Shown one piece after another: positions 1 through 9,255 of a stretch of DNA of 64,000 nt. Under the pieces are notes generated by a model, which saw only the letters and a program-made list of their open reading frames with translations, did no database searches and was not told where the DNA came from. The stretch comes from a virus (Duplodnaviria; Heunggongvirae; Uroviricota; Caudoviricetes). The position numbers were made by a program, and so were the translations under genes. The stretch is taken from the IMG/VR virus record IMGVR_UViG_3300032236_001858; one strand, 5' to 3'. Positions within the stretch are counted from its first letter, which is position 1, and each line of letters opens with the position of its first letter.

Positions 1-2
1 AT

Positions 3-893
3 TCTTATATTGATGGTAATGTTAATTACAGTAATGGTTATAGATATGGTGGATTATATTTAGATAGTTCATCAATTATAGCTAGTGTTGATTTTAATGA
101 TGTTGGATTCCCTAATTGGAATGATAGTGAAAATGGTATCTACTTACATAACTCATCTTTTACTAATATATCTTGGAATGATGCTTATACTCAAAGAGTT
201 GTAGCTACTTCTTCTAATATTGATTCACTTACGTTATTAAGTAACTCTTATTTGGGATATGTTAATTTAAGTGATTCTAATATATATGCTAGTGAGTTAA
301 AAATATCATCATTGGATACAATATCTCTTAATAATGCTACCTGGTTTGGTTTATTCTTGAAACAATCTACTATATATGATTATAGACCATCGAGTGGGTT
401 AGATATTTACAATCTTGATATGACTGGTTCAGAATTTAACTTAGGTAATACATCAGATACTTATGATTTTAACGAAACATTTGCTCAATATAACACTATA
501 AAACATCAGTTCGAGTTTAATTTTAGTGGTTCAACTGGTAATGGTGCGGTTGGCTTAGTTGATATTCCAAGAGTTCTAGTACCTGGTGATTATTGGTATA
601 TAGAAAAAGTAATATTAGACTCAACTAACTTAACAACTTCTGGCACAGCTTCTTTAAGTTTAGGTATTCAAGATACCGATTCTGATTGTGGAGTTGACCA
701 TGCTCTTGTTAGTGATTTGAATAATAGAGTTAGAGTTTTTGATTTATCAAATGGCTTGGCGAATGGTGCTAAATCTTATTCACATGCTATTGACCAAATA
801 TCAATGAATGTTCACACTGCTAACATAACAGGTGGAAATATTAAGGTAGAAGTTACCCTTAAAAATACAAATTATTATAACAGCAATGACTAA
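3..893 (+). CDS. 3'-part of a tail-fibre-like structural protein (5' end lies upstream of the window)
   Basis: Frame 3 is open from position 3 with no upstream start in the window. The product is rich in Asn/Ser/Thr/Gly, like the other fibre proteins here. Its stop overlaps the next ATG (ATGACTAA), which suggests translational coupling. Confidence 0.5.
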   Translation, partial: SYIDGNVNYSNGYRYGGLYLDSSSIIASVDFNDVGFPNWNDSENGIYLHNSSFTNISWNDAYTQRVVATSSNIDSLTLLSNSYLGYVNLSDSNIYASELKISSLDTISLNNATWFGLFLKQSTIYDYRPSSGLDIYNLDMTGSEFNLGNTSDTYDFNETFAQYNTIKHQFEFNFSGSTGNGAVGLVDIPRVLVPGDYWYIEKVILDSTNLTTSGTASLSLGIQDTDSDCGVDHALVSDLNNRVRVFDLSNGLANGAKSYSHAIDQISMNVHTANITGGNIKVEVTLKNTNYYNSND

Positions 894-1647
894 TAAACAA
901 AACAAAGGTTCAAGAGGAACCCAGAGTATCAGCAAAAATTATAGTTTGACTACATCAGACTCAGCTACATTTAGTTATGAACAAGGTAATAACTTATTTA
1001 GTCAACAATTAGCTAGTAAAGGTATTACATTTAGTTCAATGACTGAATCTGTACCTAGAACACCTAAAGGTAAAACTCAAAGTGATTACAAGGGTTCTAC
1101 ATTCTCATATGATAAGAATTTATATTTGAGAACTAAGGAAAATACACCTCAAACTTTTACTTATAGTTTACAAAAAGGAACTCAAAGTCATGGTGTTACA
1201 CCAAGTCATAATCCTTTAAATTTTACTAAAAATACTTTATCATTTAGTAAGAAAACTACAACTACTGGTTATAGAGCATTCAGAGAAGGAGTGGGTACTC
1301 AAAGTCATTTTGAAGTTAAAACTCAAATGCTTAGAAGTACACCAAGTAACTTTTATGTAGCTGGAACCGTAAGTGCTGCTTTTAGTAGACCAAGTATTAA
1401 GAAGTTTTATATAAAAACTACAGATACAACACCTAAGTTAGATGCTAAATCTCTTGCTGAATTTGTTTCAACTTTATCTAAAACAACAACTGAAGAAGCC
1501 ACTAAATCAATAAAACTAAATAAAGTAACGGTTAATGGGAATTTAGTTACAGATCCTAATCACACGCTTGTTTCGGGTGATGTTGTTAGAGTTGGTTCGG
1601 TAGGACACTATGTAAATAACAATGAAGGGATAGCAATAGTAAAATAA
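886..1647 (+). CDS. Ser/Thr-rich hypothetical structural protein
   Basis: 253-aa ORF, translationally coupled to the upstream fibre-like gene and followed by a rho-independent terminator. Confidence 0.5.
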   Translation: MTNKQNKGSRGTQSISKNYSLTTSDSATFSYEQGNNLFSQQLASKGITFSSMTESVPRTPKGKTQSDYKGSTFSYDKNLYLRTKENTPQTFTYSLQKGTQSHGVTPSHNPLNFTKNTLSFSKKTTTTGYRAFREGVGTQSHFEVKTQMLRSTPSNFYVAGTVSAAFSRPSIKKFYIKTTDTTPKLDAKSLAEFVSTLSKTTTEEATKSIKLNKVTVNGNLVTDPNHTLVSGDVVRVGSVGHYVNNNEGIAIVK

Positions 1648-1650
1648 CAA

Positions 1651-1680
1651 AAAAAGAGAGTTTTTAACTCTCTTTTTTAT
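1651..1680. terminator. bidirectional rho-independent terminator
   Basis: Hairpin GAGAGTTTTTAACTCTC flanked by an A-run and a T-run, lying between convergent genes. Confidence 0.6.
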
Positions 1681-2741
1681 TTTACCAATGAAACAAATTC
1701 TTCAAACTTATAATTTGGAAAATCATTAACATATTTAATACTTACATTAATTTCCACACCAAGTGCCGATTTTATTGTTGATATTAATGACTCTTCTTTT
1801 TCCAATAAAGGTTTTGATATTACTTCTACAATTAAATCTTCAATTGAAGTTTGAGTCATCTTAAACCTTTTTATACCATATTCTTCATGAATATCTCTTG
1901 TTCCAAGTAAAGGCCATTTTTTATCACCATTTGGTAGTACAAACATATTTCTTACTCTACCTTTTATTTCGGTTATTGTTTGTAAAGTTCTACCACAATT
2001 ACATTCACCTAATTCAATATGGTCACCATGTTTATATCTTTTAATATAAGGATTAGTTAAACTGGTTACAATTAATCCGCCATCTTCATCAACCTCACAA
2101 ATTATATTTTCCATAACATGTTTTACATTTGGATTATCTGGGCACTCAATAGCTATTGTACCACATTCTTCAGATGAGTATAAAGACCCACCCATTTCAC
2201 CACTTCCTTTAATATCAATAATATTTAATTTACTTAAATCCAATTGTTTTACAATTGAAGGGTTACAATGTAAGTAATCAGGATTCTTTTCTTCCAACCA
2301 TTTTTGTATAACTGAAATAGGTTCATAACCTATCTTAAATGTTTTGCCTTGTATTGGTTCTATATTTCTTGGTATACCCCAATCATTGGTATCTATTGTT
2401 TTAGAACCAGGTCTTATAATAGCTATGTTTTTAGTAACATCCCATTTACGCCATCTTATTTCTCTTATATTTGTAGCTAAATACCATACATAATCTAAAT
2501 AAGACTTTTGTATAGTAACTGGTTCACCGGTGGACCCAGATGTTTTAGACATGTAATAACCTTTTTCCATTTCAATCTTTCTAAGATCCTGTCTGGATAT
2601 AATAGGCATTTTATTTATTAGAAAAAAGTTTGGTTTATGCCTCCATTGAGTTTTTTCAAAACCGTCTAAAACCCTTTTAACATCAATATCTAACTTAGAA
2701 TTCCCAGACATAGAATGTATATTCGTTGAAGACTTCAACAT
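1677..2741 (-). CDS. adenylate-forming enzyme (ANL superfamily, phenylacetate-CoA ligase / CapK-like)
   Basis: Carries the YMSKTSGSTGEPV AMP-binding P-loop motif typical of the PaaK / coenzyme F390 synthetase family. 354 aa. Confidence 0.5.
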   Translation of the reverse strand: MLKSSTNIHSMSGNSKLDIDVKRVLDGFEKTQWRHKPNFFLINKMPIISRQDLRKIEMEKGYYMSKTSGSTGEPVTIQKSYLDYVWYLATNIREIRWRKWDVTKNIAIIRPGSKTIDTNDWGIPRNIEPIQGKTFKIGYEPISVIQKWLEEKNPDYLHCNPSIVKQLDLSKLNIIDIKGSGEMGGSLYSSEECGTIAIECPDNPNVKHVMENIICEVDEDGGLIVTSLTNPYIKRYKHGDHIELGECNCGRTLQTITEIKGRVRNMFVLPNGDKKWPLLGTRDIHEEYGIKRFKMTQTSIEDLIVEVISKPLLEKEESLISTIKSALGVEINVSIKYVNDFPNYKFEEFVSLVK

Positions 2742-3141
2742 GATTTGGTTTTATTGAGAAGTCTGATTCTTTTGGAAAATTAGCAGCTATTCTCATTTTA
2801 TCTAATTTATAATTAAATGACCTAACTATAAATCTTTTACAATATTTAGAAGCCATTTTTAATAAATTTTCTTGTAGCTCTTTTGTAAAATTAACAACAC
2901 CATCACCTATTATATTATCATAGTAGGTTTTATTATCAGACCAATCACCTATTATCATAGTATCTGATTTATACATAGGGTCTATATCCATCTGATTATC
3001 GGTAAATGGTATAAGTTTTTTGGTATAACCTAATAGTAATGTAGTACCATTAGTCATATACTTTCTATAAGTATTAACATTCTCTTCAGATGGGCCGTAT
3101 GGATAAGGAAATTCTTGAGCCCAATAACTATTTTCTATCAT
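2695..3141 (-). CDS. hypothetical protein (operon partner of the adenylating enzyme)
   Basis: 148-aa ORF whose stop overlaps the downstream gene start. Confidence 0.45.
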   Translation of the reverse strand: MIENSYWAQEFPYPYGPSEENVNTYRKYMTNGTTLLLGYTKKLIPFTDNQMDIDPMYKSDTMIIGDWSDNKTYYDNIIGDGVVNFTKELQENLLKMASKYCKRFIVRSFNYKLDKMRIAANFPKESDFSIKPNHVEVFNEYTFYVWEF

Positions 3142-3171
3142 TAAATTTATAAAACTAAAAGTATTAAAAGT

Positions 3172-3906
3172 TTACTTAAATTTAGATTTGATATCATCAA
3201 GATCTTTCATTCTACTTTCATGTGTAGCACTTAACAAAGTATAACTACTTGAGTAAGTACCAGCTGAATATGTTCCGTGTGTATTACCATAAATATCAAT
3301 AACTTCATAATTATCAATAATAATAGCATAACCACCTCTATCAAGAGTTAATGGCGCACTTAAAGTATTCATTCTATTAAAAGGTCTAGAAGTTGAATCT
3401 GGACTAAACCAATTAGGTAAAACATAATCAGACAAACCAACCTTAATATTACCTGCTAATGTATAAACTATTAAATTACTTTCAACTGGGTCACAAAGTT
3501 CAGCCGCCCAGAAAATACCATTATTATCTAAACACCATTTATTAACTACATTATTACCCATCATCTCTAATAACTCATGACATACACATTGAGCAACGGT
3601 AAATGTTGAATTATCTTTATAAAGAACAGCACCACCATAATTCAATATTGTTTTAGCAAATACTTTAGCATAAGCTCTGCCAGATGTTTCATCATGATAA
3701 CCTAAAGCACCTGGGTAATCAGTAAGATCCATTAAAAATATACTATTGTTTGGATAGTTTCTACCAGTACCTATAACTAATTGTGTAGGTGCCAATCCCC
3801 AATCATTACAAACATTTGTAAGAAATGAATTTATAGCTTTAACCATATTTTGTAGATTAGTTGTATTAACAACCGTGCTTTGATTGAATATTGTATAGTT
3901 TATCAT
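3172..3906 (-). CDS. hypothetical protein
   Basis: 244-aa ORF, first gene of a three-gene minus-strand operon. A TTAATATATACAAT motif lies about 20 nt upstream. Confidence 0.5.
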   Translation of the reverse strand: MINYTIFNQSTVVNTTNLQNMVKAINSFLTNVCNDWGLAPTQLVIGTGRNYPNNSIFLMDLTDYPGALGYHDETSGRAYAKVFAKTILNYGGAVLYKDNSTFTVAQCVCHELLEMMGNNVVNKWCLDNNGIFWAAELCDPVESNLIVYTLAGNIKVGLSDYVLPNWFSPDSTSRPFNRMNTLSAPLTLDRGGYAIIIDNYEVIDIYGNTHGTYSAGTYSSSYTLLSATHESRMKDLDDIKSKFK

Positions 3907-3961
3907 AATAGTTTTTTATTTATTGTATATATTAATAGTAAAAAATTTAATATATACAATT

Positions 3962-4930
3962 ATGATTAAAAGATATTTAGAGTTTATAAAAGAATCAAAT
4001 TATAATGGCTTTAACTCACTTGGTGAGTGGGTTGAAACTCTTATGGATGATGAGTATGTTAGAAACATAATCGCTCGTTATACAAAAGATTCTGATGCTT
4101 CTATTAATTTATCAAATGCTATTAATATCTTAGATGAGAAAGCTCAATCTGAAATTAAATCACAAATTGATAATTATTTACAAAATGGTATTGAAGAAAA
4201 AGAACCTCAGTTTTTAGTTTCAACTGATTTAGAAGAGTTAACAGAAGCACTTGCTGAAGAAATAACAATGGCTGGAAAAGGCATATTTACTTCTTTCTTA
4301 AAGGCTTTAACATCTTTAGGTCAAAAAGAAGTTGGACCAAATTGGTCTAAATGTCCAGATGACTTTTTACTATACTATTATTATCCTAATTTACAATCAG
4401 AACATGTAAAACAAGTATTTTCAAGATTTAAATCTTTAAGTAGATATTTGGACCACGTTGATTATCAAAAGAATGAAGTTGATTTATACTTTGGTATTAA
4501 ATGTGACGGCAATTTTGAATATGGTTTACATTATGATGAACCAACACCAATTGGTCAATTTAAACTAAATCAATCTGTTATTAAATGGATTTGTCAGATT
4601 GAATCTAAATCCGCTCATTCATTAAAGAAGGAATTAGTTAATTTAAGTTTAGCTGATGTAATGACATTGAGTAAGATTAAATTAGATATGAAAGACTTTA
4701 ATCCTGGGTTCCACGAGTCAAAAGATGTTGTGAAAATTCAAGATAAGATAATCTCTTTTGGTTACAAAGGTTTAGGTAAATGGGATAATGGTAAATTTGA
4801 TGAAGGTGAATTTATGAATATTAAAAATAACTTTACAACTTGGTTACTTACGAAGAAATGGGGTAGTAGAGTTTTAATTAGTGTTAAACCAACATCATAC
4901 TATGTTTACATACATATAAAATTAAAATAA
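3962..4930 (+). CDS. hypothetical protein
   Basis: The ORF track starts it at a TTG at 3923, placed inside the promoter-like motif. The first ATG is at 3962 (MIKRYLEF...). Confidence 0.5.
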   Translation: MIKRYLEFIKESNYNGFNSLGEWVETLMDDEYVRNIIARYTKDSDASINLSNAINILDEKAQSEIKSQIDNYLQNGIEEKEPQFLVSTDLEELTEALAEEITMAGKGIFTSFLKALTSLGQKEVGPNWSKCPDDFLLYYYYPNLQSEHVKQVFSRFKSLSRYLDHVDYQKNEVDLYFGIKCDGNFEYGLHYDEPTPIGQFKLNQSVIKWICQIESKSAHSLKKELVNLSLADVMTLSKIKLDMKDFNPGFHESKDVVKIQDKIISFGYKGLGKWDNGKFDEGEFMNIKNNFTTWLLTKKWGSRVLISVKPTSYYVYIHIKLK

Positions 4931-4933
4931 GAT

Positions 4934-5245
4934 ATGAAATACTTAAAGAAATATAACGAGAATGTAGAACAACAAGACCCTGAGTTTGCTATTGCTAAGA
5001 TTAAAGGTAGATATCCTGAAGATATGGCTAAAGAAATGTTAGACAAAGAAGTTAAACAATGGATTCCAGATGATAAGGATCCTGATTTCTACTCCACTTC
5101 AGGAAATGGTGAAGCAGAAGATGTTATTATTGATCAAATGATTGGTTGGTTTGAGAAAAAGTATTATGCTTTATCTGAAGAAAACTTTCAAAAGGTAAAA
5201 GAACTGATTCTAAAAGAGTATGAATTCTTAAACTTCAACTACTAA
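4934..5245 (+). CDS. hypothetical protein
   Basis: 103-aa ORF, tightly packed after the upstream gene. Confidence 0.45.
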   Translation: MKYLKKYNENVEQQDPEFAIAKIKGRYPEDMAKEMLDKEVKQWIPDDKDPDFYSTSGNGEAEDVIIDQMIGWFEKKYYALSEENFQKVKELILKEYEFLNFNY

Positions 5246-5290
5246 ACTAATAAAAAAAAATTTTCTATAACAAGAAAAGTTTTTTTGTTT

Positions 5291-5725
5291 ATGGAAAAAC
5301 CAAGTAAAGAAGATATAATGAAAAAATGGGCTCCTGTTTTAGAGTCTATGGGTATGACTGGATCTCAATTGGATAATTTATCACAACTAACCGAAAATCA
5401 ACCAAATCAAATATTAGAAGAAACTAAAACTGAAGAGTTTCCAAGTTTATTACCAATAGCTATGAGGGTAGCCGCTAGAACAATATCAAATGATTTAATA
5501 TTTGCTTCACAAGAAGAAATTGACCAAGTTAAAAAGAAAGTTCAATCTGAAAATCGTGATGGTAAGATTGAAGCCATTATAGAAGATAAAGAATTTACTG
5601 AGAAGAAATTAGAAGATGATGAAGAGTATAAGGAATTGATGAAAAAAGGTGTTAAACCTATGTCGGCACCTTCAGGAACTTTATTCTATTTAGATTATAA
5701 GTATGGAGGAGACAAAGATGAGTAA
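5291..5725 (+). CDS. hypothetical acidic protein
   Basis: The ORF track starts it at a TTG at 5285. The first ATG is at 5291. Confidence 0.45.
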   Translation: MEKPSKEDIMKKWAPVLESMGMTGSQLDNLSQLTENQPNQILEETKTEEFPSLLPIAMRVAARTISNDLIFASQEEIDQVKKKVQSENRDGKIEAIIEDKEFTEKKLEDDEEYKELMKKGVKPMSAPSGTLFYLDYKYGGDKDE

Positions 5726-5903
5726 ATATGTAAGTCCTGGAGTTTATATTAAAGAAACTGATTGGAGTGGTATTTATCCAGTATTTCAAAGAAATCTTTT
5801 AAGAAAGAATAAAATAGCTAAAATCTTTGGTTTAGATGTTAGATCGCTTATTATAACTTCAACTCCAAAAGGTCCAAATAATTTTCCAATTATTGCTTGG
5901 TGA
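5718..5903 (+). CDS. hypothetical small protein
   Basis: A GGAGGA Shine-Dalgarno-like sequence sits in front of the ATG at 5718. The ORF-track start at 5703 lies inside the upstream gene. Confidence 0.35.
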   Translation: MSKYVSPGVYIKETDWSGIYPVFQRNLLRKNKIAKIFGLDVRSLIITSTPKGPNNFPIIAW

Positions 5904-5932
5904 GGAACATGAGTGTATAATATATACTCATA

Positions 5933-6265
5933 ATGATTACCGTTTATCTTATATGTGCTGAATTTGACGGCACAAGATTATTTAAAATAGGACATACTCG
6001 TAGAAGAGTAGAAGAAAGAATGAAAGAGTTTAGAACGGGAAATGGCTCTGATCTTTATATAGTCAATCAGTTTAAATCTAAATGGGGCACTAAAATAGAA
6101 GCTCAACTTCATAGAAGATTCAATTCAAAAAAAGCTAATGGTGAGTGGTTCGCCTTAGATGATGATGATGTGATGGAATTTAAACCTTATTGTGAACTAG
6201 CACATAATAACTTTGAATTAATAACTACACAAAATAGTTGGTACTTAGAAAGAGGTAAATTCTAA
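5933..6265 (+). CDS. T5orf172 / MUG113 (GIY-YIG-like) domain protein
   Basis: FKIGHTRRRVEERMKEF ... LHRRF ... ANGEWF matches the T5orf172 domain signature. Confidence 0.5.
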   Translation: MITVYLICAEFDGTRLFKIGHTRRRVEERMKEFRTGNGSDLYIVNQFKSKWGTKIEAQLHRRFNSKKANGEWFALDDDDVMEFKPYCELAHNNFELITTQNSWYLERGKF

Positions 6266-6305
6266 ACAATCTAAGTTTTTAATATATAAAAATAAAAACA
6301 TTAAT

Positions 6306-6572
6306 ATGGGTTCAATGAAAGAAATAGCAATTAGAGATTATATTTCTAAAATAGACTTCAAGCACGATGATTGGAAGCTTTCTCAATTAAAAGAAGACAT
6401 GCGTAGATTCTTAGGTGAAGAACCAGGAATTGAAGTTGTTTATAAAAAAGATGTAATGGTGAATGAAGTATCCGGAGAATCTAAAGAATTCTTAGATATT
6501 GATAAAATTCAAATTGTATTCACTGATACAGATGACAGATTTAAAAAAATAGAATTTACATTAGGTGTTTAA
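6306..6572 (+). CDS. hypothetical protein
   Basis: 88-aa ORF with a TTTTTAATATATAAAAAT promoter-like motif at 6276-6293. Confidence 0.45.
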   Translation: MGSMKEIAIRDYISKIDFKHDDWKLSQLKEDMRRFLGEEPGIEVVYKKDVMVNEVSGESKEFLDIDKIQIVFTDTDDRFKKIEFTLGV

Positions 6573-6573
6573 T

Positions 6574-6795
6574 ATGAATTTTGAAAATTACTACTTAGAT
6601 ATACAAAAAATATCTCAAATACCTTCACTTGAAGATAGGGACCAAATACATAGATACTATATGGATATGCTTATTTTTTTTACTGATGGTTCTGGTAGAG
6701 AAAAAGTATCACAATCAATTATGAAAACACTTATCAAATCTGGGTATTTAATTGATTCTCGTGATGAAAAATTAGGTGAATTGTTAAATGGATAA
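6574..6795 (+). CDS. hypothetical protein
   Basis: The ORF track uses a GTG at 6565. The first ATG is at 6574. Confidence 0.4.
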   Translation: MNFENYYLDIQKISQIPSLEDRDQIHRYYMDMLIFFTDGSGREKVSQSIMKTLIKSGYLIDSRDEKLGELLNG

Positions 6796-7141
6796 CCAAA
6801 TAACCGCTGATATTATTGACTATCTAGGTAAATACGAGAATGGTGTTCTTGTTTTACTATCTATAAACTATAAAGATAACTTTACAGAAGGTACTATTTA
6901 TTATTCTGATAAAGCATTGGCTTTAACCGTTGATGAGAGTATAGAAGAAGACTTAGGTATGCGAATTGAATTTTGGCCTGGCTATAGAGATTTACTAATC
7001 TCAATTCTTAGAAGAGTTGTACCTTATAATGAAATTATTAATCGTTTAGATGAGATTGATGTTTCTAAATACTCTGATGTTAATATAGAATCAAAAGAAG
7101 CTGAAGATGTAAACGAAGACGATATTAAGAAGTCAGAATAA
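6788..7141 (+). CDS. hypothetical acidic protein
   Basis: 117-aa ORF. Confidence 0.45.
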   Translation: MDNQITADIIDYLGKYENGVLVLLSINYKDNFTEGTIYYSDKALALTVDESIEEDLGMRIEFWPGYRDLLISILRRVVPYNEIINRLDEIDVSKYSDVNIESKEAEDVNEDDIKKSE

Positions 7142-7186
7142 ACTATTTTTGATTATTTTGATATAAATAAAAAATAATCATTATGA

Positions 7187-8935
7187 ATGTTAATTAGTGA
7201 ATTAGGAATTAGAGGATTCAAGTCTTATGGCAATAACGAACAAGTATTAAAATTAAACACAGAAAAAGGAGAATTAATTCTCCTTGTTGGAAATAATGGA
7301 GCTGGTAAATCATCTCTTTTAGATTCCTTCGATTACACACTTTATGGTAAAGTTAGAGGTCGTAAAAAGAAATGGGCCACTTTATCAACACTTCCAAACA
7401 GAATTAACGGTGAATTACTTAATAGAATTAAATTTAATTCTTTAGGTACCGACGTTGAAATCAAACGTGGTATTTCACCAAGCGTATTAGAACTCATTGA
7501 AAATGGAGTAACCAATGAAAGAGCTGGTAAAGGAAACATTGATGAAAAGATTGAAAAGTATATCGGTATGGATATTGAAACTTTCAAATCATTTATCTCA
7601 ATGTCTATCAATGACTTCAAAAACTTTATCTCTTTATCAAATGAAGAAAAACAACTTCTTTTAGACAAGTTATTTAACTTAGAAGTTATCAATATATTAA
7701 ATGGTATCTTAAAAGATATTGCTAAGAGTAATAAAACCAAAGCCGCTTCTTTTGATGCTGAAATTAGAACTTTAGATGACTCTATAGCTTCTATTCAAAG
7801 GTCTATTGATAAAGCCATTGAAAGACAAAAAGAAGAAGCCAGACTAGCCTTAGAACGTGAAAAAGAAGATATTCAATCAGAGATTGATAGAATCACAAAT
7901 GAGATGAATTCCAGAAAAGATGATTATAAGTCTTTGAAAGAAAAGATGGATAAAATCAAAGAAAAAGATTCTGAACTTTCTGATGAGATGGATAAAGAAA
8001 AAAGACAACTTATCAACTGTCAGAATGATATTAAGAATGTTCAAAAAGAATTAGATTTGTATGATTCTGGTAAATGTCCAACTTGTAAAACAGATTTTGA
8101 TTCAGTTCACTTTGCTAATTTAAGAACGGCTTTAGAAGAAAAGAAATTAGGCTTTGAAAATATCAAAGCTGAAATTGAAGCCAATGTTACTAAAGTAAGA
8201 GAAAGGCAAGCTAAGTTAAAATCTTTATCAGAAACTACAACAACTACTTTTAATGATTTAAGTTATTTATTGAAGAATTATAAATCAGAGATTGATAAAT
8301 TAACTCAAAAGAAAGCTAGTCAAACTGCACCGGTTAATACTACACCTTCTGTCGATATTCAAGAGTTTAAAAATACAATTGATGAACTTGAAGAAAAGAA
8401 AGTCATCAGTACTGATAAAATTACTGAGTGTAAAGAAAAAGATCTTTACTACAAAGAGTTAAATAGAATTTTTGGTGAAGATGGTGTTAAGAAATCTATC
8501 ATTTCTGGTATTATCAAACCAATCAATCACTTTATTGCTGAGAATATCAAAAAGATGGGTTTACCATTTGAAGTTAAGTTAGATGAGACTTTTACAGCTG
8601 AGATTAAACAATTAGGTTCTCAAATTGAACACGATTCTTTATCAACTGGTGAAACTAAAAAAGTAAATATTAGTATCTTAATTGCTTACTTGAAATTGAT
8701 TAGAACTAAACGTCATATCAATATTCTCTTCTTAGACGAGGTTTTCTCATCTATTGATATAGAAGGTATAGATTCTATTTTAGCACTCTTAAAATCGTTT
8801 GCAAACGATTATAACATCAATATCTTTGTTGTTCACCATGCTATTTTGAATCAAGAGATGTTTGATAGAATATTGAAGATTAACAAAGAAGTCTTTTCTT
8901 CAATAGAAGAAGTAAATCTTAACTATGGAAATTAA
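7187..8935 (+). CDS. SbcC/Rad50-like recombination ATPase (T4 gp46-like)
   Basis: N-terminal Walker A motif GNNGAGKSS, a long coiled coil containing a CPTCK zinc hook, and a C-terminal LFLDEVFSS Walker B/D-loop. Confidence 0.7.
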   Translation: MLISELGIRGFKSYGNNEQVLKLNTEKGELILLVGNNGAGKSSLLDSFDYTLYGKVRGRKKKWATLSTLPNRINGELLNRIKFNSLGTDVEIKRGISPSVLELIENGVTNERAGKGNIDEKIEKYIGMDIETFKSFISMSINDFKNFISLSNEEKQLLLDKLFNLEVINILNGILKDIAKSNKTKAASFDAEIRTLDDSIASIQRSIDKAIERQKEEARLALEREKEDIQSEIDRITNEMNSRKDDYKSLKEKMDKIKEKDSELSDEMDKEKRQLINCQNDIKNVQKELDLYDSGKCPTCKTDFDSVHFANLRTALEEKKLGFENIKAEIEANVTKVRERQAKLKSLSETTTTTFNDLSYLLKNYKSEIDKLTQKKASQTAPVNTTPSVDIQEFKNTIDELEEKKVISTDKITECKEKDLYYKELNRIFGEDGVKKSIISGIIKPINHFIAENIKKMGLPFEVKLDETFTAEIKQLGSQIEHDSLSTGETKKVNISILIAYLKLIRTKRHINILFLDEVFSSIDIEGIDSILALLKSFANDYNINIFVVHHAILNQEMFDRILKINKEVFSSIEEVNLNYGN

Positions 8936-9212
8936 TAATCTAATAATTGAATATTTAGAAACAAGATATAATAAAGTTATTAATATCAAGCGTCAAAATT
9001 ATGATATGGCGGCTAATTTTAGAGATCTAGAAAGAGAGTTGTCTATTAAGATATTTAGAATTATTAAAGGTGATTATAATGATTTGAATTATAAACAATC
9101 AGAAGATGAAATTGGTAATTATTGCTTAAAAGAATTTAATTGTAGTATTTATGATTATAATTGTATAAAAGCGATTAAGCGACATATAAAATTAAAGGAT
9201 TTAGGAATATAA
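8925..9212 (+). CDS. hypothetical protein
   Basis: 95-aa ORF that overlaps the stop of the sbcC-like gene. Confidence 0.4.
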   Translation: MEINNLIIEYLETRYNKVINIKRQNYDMAANFRDLERELSIKIFRIIKGDYNDLNYKQSEDEIGNYCLKEFNCSIYDYNCIKAIKRHIKLKDLGI

Positions 9213-9245
9213 AAAAGCCTCTGATTTCTCAGAGGCTTTTCTTTT
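9211..9245. terminator. bidirectional rho-independent terminator
   Basis: Hairpin GCCTCTGATTTCTCAGAGGC flanked by an A-run and a T-run, between convergent genes. Confidence 0.65.
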
Positions 9246-9255
9246 AATATATTTT

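Noticed and set aside
3923-3961. TTG- or GTG-extended N-termini proposed by the ORF track (3923, 5285, 6565, 10671, 28867, 44934, 53174, 32984)
   Set aside because: The extensions begin at non-ATG codons placed inside promoter motifs, terminator hairpins or the upstream gene. The first in-frame ATG is used instead.
7342-7740. Antisense or overlapping ORFs inside long genes. Examples: 7342..7740, 14002..14241, 27547..27906, 32228..32793, 38123..38305, 42409..42651, 43015..43491, 44385..44627, 45988..46281, 50688..51020, 61880..62068
   Set aside because: They sit fully inside much longer ORFs on the opposite strand that have clear homology or repeat structure. Their products are low-complexity, for example Leu/Ile/Ser runs, which is typical of AT-rich antisense frames.
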